Origin: Deltaproteobacteria bacterium TL4
Lineage (GTDB): Bacteria; SAR324; NAC60-12
Length of the DNA stretch: 10,678 nt
NCBI GenBank assembly: GCA_051382335.1
Contig: JBBCAX010000172.1
Coordinates: 1-10,678 of the forward strand
Reading direction: 5' to 3'
In this document: one piece after another, positions 7,444 through 10,678 of the stretch
Layout: every line of letters starts with the position of its first letter
How positions within the stretch are numbered: position 1 is the first letter of the stretch
The notes under the pieces: model-generated
The model's database searches: none
The model's input: only the letters and a program-made list of their open reading frames with translations
Told to the model about the DNA's origin: nothing
Made by a program: the position numbers and the translations under genes

Positions 7444-9249
7444 ATGAAACGATTATTATTGAGTTTAACAATATTTTGGAGTTTGTCCCTTTGGGTGATG
7501 GCCCAGGAACTCCAGGAACAAGCTAGACCCAAGGCCGCGGTGTCTCCACTGAGTTCGATTGGAGACATTTCAGAGGTACAAAAGCAGATGATCTTTAACA
7601 GTCTGTTGACTGAAATTTCGTCGCGTTATGATTTGATTTCCCAGGAACAATTCAAGGAGGCGCAGGATCAGGCTTATAAGGAGCTGGATGCGGAACAGTG
7701 TACCGAAGAACAGTGCATCCGAGCGATTCAGGATATCTTGCAGGTGGAAAATCTCTTTGTGCTGCAAATGCTTCGTGAAGGGCAGGATACCCAACTGACA
7801 CTGACCTTGATTGATCTGGAGAGAAAGAACGTCCGGAGCGATTATTGTGAGAAGTGTGACACCAAGGAACTCAATCAACGCATCGCTAAATTATTGCGTG
7901 CTCTGGCAAACTCGGTGACGATAATTACGTCGCCCCCTTCAGATTCAGCGGCGAGAGGGAGGGTCTTTATCCGTTCTAATCCTCCTGACGCGGATATTTA
8001 TCTGAACGGACAACTCCTTGAAGAGAAAACCGATACCTTACTGGAAAATATTCCGGTAGGTCAACATCATTTGCTGCTGCGTAAGGAGAACCTCTCAATC
8101 ACCAGCGAATTCCAGGTTAAAACGAACGAAATGATCAGCCTGAACTTAAATTTGGAAATCACCCATGTCAAGTTACTGGTCACCAGTAACCCTTTCGGAG
8201 CGACGGTGTCCCTGGATGGAAAAAAGATGGGGCAAAGCCCTGTGGAAATAGAAACCACCTTAGGCCAACATCAGGCAGATTTGACGCTAACAGGCTATGT
8301 CCAGGAATCCAGGACGGTTAGCGTGGAATTCGGAAAACTGAATAAGTTGGAGGTTCCGTTGATTGATGGTACAGGCTTCAGAGGTTTTTTAAGCGTATCG
8401 TCCACACCTCCTGACGCGAGTATTGAGCTGGAAGGCGGAAAATACCTTCAGCAGAAATTGGGTCCCAGCCCGCTCCCGCTTGCCAAAGAAGAACTGCCTG
8501 TCGGAGCATATAAGCTGATCCTCAGAAAGAAAAAATACGAGACCCTTATTCGTGACCTTACGATTGAGCGCCAAAAAACCACAACGCTCGCGCTTCAGCT
8601 CAAAGAGCTGCCCGCCTCATTAAAAGTTGAGGTTTCCAGAACAAAGGCTGCGGAAAAGGATGGAGTCTATCGACTCCTGCTTGATGGAGCGCCACAAAAG
8701 GATCACCCAGGAAATGAGGCGGGGAAAGCGCTGTTTGAAACGGAAATACCAGCGGGGATTCATGAGGTTGAAGTGTCCCATACAAGTGGGAAGTATGAAG
8801 CTCAAGCGAAAACATTGAAGCTGGAAAAAGGAGAACTCTATACGGAGTCTTTTGTATTACAACCCAATTCCATTTACCGGGAACGTCAATCCTGGGAATG
8901 GAAATGGGGAAGCGCCTTGGGTGGAACACTCGCGGCCTTGGCCTATACCCAAAGTGAAAGGGAGTCCGTTAAAAAATCCAACGCGAAAGTGGCTGATTTG
9001 AGAACGAAGATCCTGGAATCTTCCACTCAACAGGAAGAGTCCAATTACCGAAAAGAAGCCCAAAGCACCATTGACGCGGCAAAAACACATGAACAGAACG
9101 CCCAAATCGGAATCCTGCTTTCCCTTGGCTTATCCGGCTTGACAGGCTGGATTCTGTTTGACGCGCCGCCTGAACCCCAACCGCTGGCATGGCAATTTCA
9201 ACTCCAGCCCCAAAGCGGTCTGAACGTGAGTTATCTCAAACGCTGGTAG
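7444..9249 (+). CDS. Exported PEGA-domain protein (601 aa)
   Basis: Signal peptide MKRLLLSLTIFWSLSLWVMA. Repeats GRVFIRSNPPDADIYLNG, KLLVTSNPFGATVSLDGK.MGQSP and GFLSVSSTPPDASIELEG, each followed by G.H/Y..L segments, are PEGA-like. Two hydrophobic segments lie near the C-terminus. The ORF-track start at 7330 (TTG) is probably too early. Confidence 0.85.
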   Translation: MKRLLLSLTIFWSLSLWVMAQELQEQARPKAAVSPLSSIGDISEVQKQMIFNSLLTEISSRYDLISQEQFKEAQDQAYKELDAEQCTEEQCIRAIQDILQVENLFVLQMLREGQDTQLTLTLIDLERKNVRSDYCEKCDTKELNQRIAKLLRALANSVTIITSPPSDSAARGRVFIRSNPPDADIYLNGQLLEEKTDTLLENIPVGQHHLLLRKENLSITSEFQVKTNEMISLNLNLEITHVKLLVTSNPFGATVSLDGKKMGQSPVEIETTLGQHQADLTLTGYVQESRTVSVEFGKLNKLEVPLIDGTGFRGFLSVSSTPPDASIELEGGKYLQQKLGPSPLPLAKEELPVGAYKLILRKKKYETLIRDLTIERQKTTTLALQLKELPASLKVEVSRTKAAEKDGVYRLLLDGAPQKDHPGNEAGKALFETEIPAGIHEVEVSHTSGKYEAQAKTLKLEKGELYTESFVLQPNSIYRERQSWEWKWGSALGGTLAALAYTQSERESVKKSNAKVADLRTKILESSTQQEESNYRKEAQSTIDAAKTHEQNAQIGILLSLGLSGLTGWILFDAPPEPQPLAWQFQLQPQSGLNVSYLKRW

Positions 9250-9294
9250 TCTTTTAATTACGAAAACCACAAATAAAATTATGGAGGAACTTTA

Positions 9295-10365
9295 ATGAAA
9301 AAGCTTATCTTATTAGGTTGGCTTGGACTCCTTGTTATAGGAGGCTGTACTGAGAAAATTGATGAATCTTTGCCAGGGAAAGATATCGGCTCTCCCTCTA
9401 TTGCGTCCTTTTCTGTCCTCAGTGATGACTTGACCCAGGGACTGATCGACTTCGCGATTTCAGCGAGCGATGATCGAAGGGTGGATGCTTATTATCTGTC
9501 GGAAAACAACACAGCCCCTTCTGCTTCCTCGGAAGGCTGGGTTAGCGTTCCCCCTGTTTCCTCTTACTCGGGTACCATCACTTATTCTTTTCAAAGTGAT
9601 GGAGACAAAACGCTTTATGTCTGGGTGAGGGATAGAATAGGCAATCTCTCAGCGTCCGCGAGTACAACGCTGCTGCTGCTGCTGGACATTACTCCTCCAA
9701 CAAACGCCGCTATTTCAAGCTGGAATGCTAGTTATGATGCCTCAACGGATACAGTTTCGATTAGTCTGGAAGTTTCCGCTACAGACAATTTTGGAATATC
9801 CGCTTATTATGTCTCAGAACTTTCAGCGGTTCCAATCGCCAAGGACGCGGGTTGGATCAGCCTCTCATCGTCAACCCGTGATTACTCAGGAACGTTACCC
9901 TTTACACTCAGCAGCGGGATTGGCGAGAAAAAGGTTTATGTCTGGTTCAAAGACGCTGCTGAAAATAGCTCAAGCGGGGTCAGTACCACTATCACGATTG
10001 AACGTTTGGATTTTGGGAACGGAACCATTCTTGATAAAACGACCGGTTTAATGTGGCAAAAGGCAGATGATGGAACCCAAAGAAACTGGGATGCCGCTAA
10101 CCAGTATTGTGATACTTTGGCGCTCGCTGATTATGCGGACTGGTATTTGCCCACTAAAGATGAATTAATGGGTCTTGTGGACACTCAATATAACCCCACT
10201 ATTGATCCTGCCTTTTTTCCTAATACCAAGTCGTCGTACTATTGGTCGTCCACTACCGGCGCTTACGGTACGAGCGGTGCGTGGTACGTGGACTTCCTCT
10301 TTGGTCACGTGGGCGGCAACAGTAAGACTAGTACGTACTATGTCCGTTGCGTCCGTACCCGATAG
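9295..10365 (+). CDS. Lipoprotein with two Ig-like repeats and a C-terminal DUF1566/Lcl-type domain; candidate DGR target protein (356 aa)
   Basis: GGAGG RBS and a lipobox (MKKLILLGWLGLLVIGG-C18). The C-terminal D.GNGTI.DKTTGLMWQK..NWD.A..YC..L.LA.Y.DW.LPT.DEL..L...YWSST...AW.V.F..G......K.....VRCVR pattern is the DUF1566 signature. Confidence 0.88.
   Translation: MKKLILLGWLGLLVIGGCTEKIDESLPGKDIGSPSIASFSVLSDDLTQGLIDFAISASDDRRVDAYYLSENNTAPSASSEGWVSVPPVSSYSGTITYSFQSDGDKTLYVWVRDRIGNLSASASTTLLLLLDITPPTNAAISSWNASYDASTDTVSISLEVSATDNFGISAYYVSELSAVPIAKDAGWISLSSSTRDYSGTLPFTLSSGIGEKKVYVWFKDAAENSSSGVSTTITIERLDFGNGTILDKTTGLMWQKADDGTQRNWDAANQYCDTLALADYADWYLPTKDELMGLVDTQYNPTIDPAFFPNTKSSYYWSSTTGAYGTSGAWYVDFLFGHVGGNSKTSTYYVRCVRTR
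10231..10359 (+). other. Candidate DGR variable region (VR)
   Basis: C-terminal position in a DUF1566 domain. Scaffold codons alternate with NNC/NNT codons that could derive from AAC/AAT, and no codon ends in A from 10189 to 10359. Boundaries are approximate and no TR was seen in the window. Confidence 0.65.
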
Positions 10366-10625
10366 TGAGTCGATTATTGGGTTATTTGGCCCTTTGATTA
10401 TTTAAAAAAGGCGTTAGCCTCGATTTTTTTTTTGAAAATTCGCTAGTGACAGGGAGGGTGGCATAAGCGAAGCGTTTCCATCGCAAGGCTTGATTTTGGC
10501 GTGTTACGCTGTCGCTGATACCCGCTACAATCATTGCGCCATCACCGAAAAATTACAACAGGAAAGAAAGGCTACCCACTTAACCCCCATGAGACAAGTC
10601 TCACAACGAAGCATGAAAGTAATTG

Positions 10626-10649
10626 GTAGGCCGGGATTACATGCCCGGC
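10626..10649 (+). repeat. GTAG-type REP-like hairpin
   Basis: GTAG-GCCGGG-attacatg-CCCGGC, followed by a second hairpin GAGGGG...CCCCTC near the window end. Confidence 0.5.
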
Positions 10650-10678
10650 AAAATGAGGGGCACGTAGTCCCCCTCTAA

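Noticed and set aside
7353..10405. Short antisense or off-frame ORFs within the PEGA and lipoprotein genes
   Set aside because: Shadow frames with no independent support.
10434..10678. Possible DGR template repeat, avd or RT downstream of the VR; 62-aa ORF 10490..10678
   Set aside because: No similarity to the VR, no AAC-rich tract and no RT or Avd motifs. The ORF starts at TTG without an RBS and runs over REP-like hairpins.

Overview
Bacterial chromosomal window of moderate-to-low GC; the gene and repeat style suggests a deltaproteobacterial or SAR324-type genome, but this is not established. The left part holds a decayed IS1-family remnant and a minus-strand housekeeping block: tRNA-fMet, tRNA-Gly, yajQ and prfB with its +1 programmed frameshift. 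These are followed by a mesaconyl-CoA hydratase-like double-MaoC gene, a SAM methyltransferase and an Omp85-like beta-barrel gene. The right part is a plus-strand pair: a PEGA-repeat protein and a lipoprotein with two Ig-like repeats and a C-terminal DUF1566/Lcl-type (C-type-lectin fold) domain. The 3' end of the lipoprotein gene looks like the variable region (VR) of a diversity-generating retroelement (DGR), but no template repeat or reverse transcriptase is visible in the window, so it is a candidate remote or orphan DGR target. Intergenic regions contain two MITE-like elements with target-site duplications (one carrying a REP doublet) and several REP-like hairpins.
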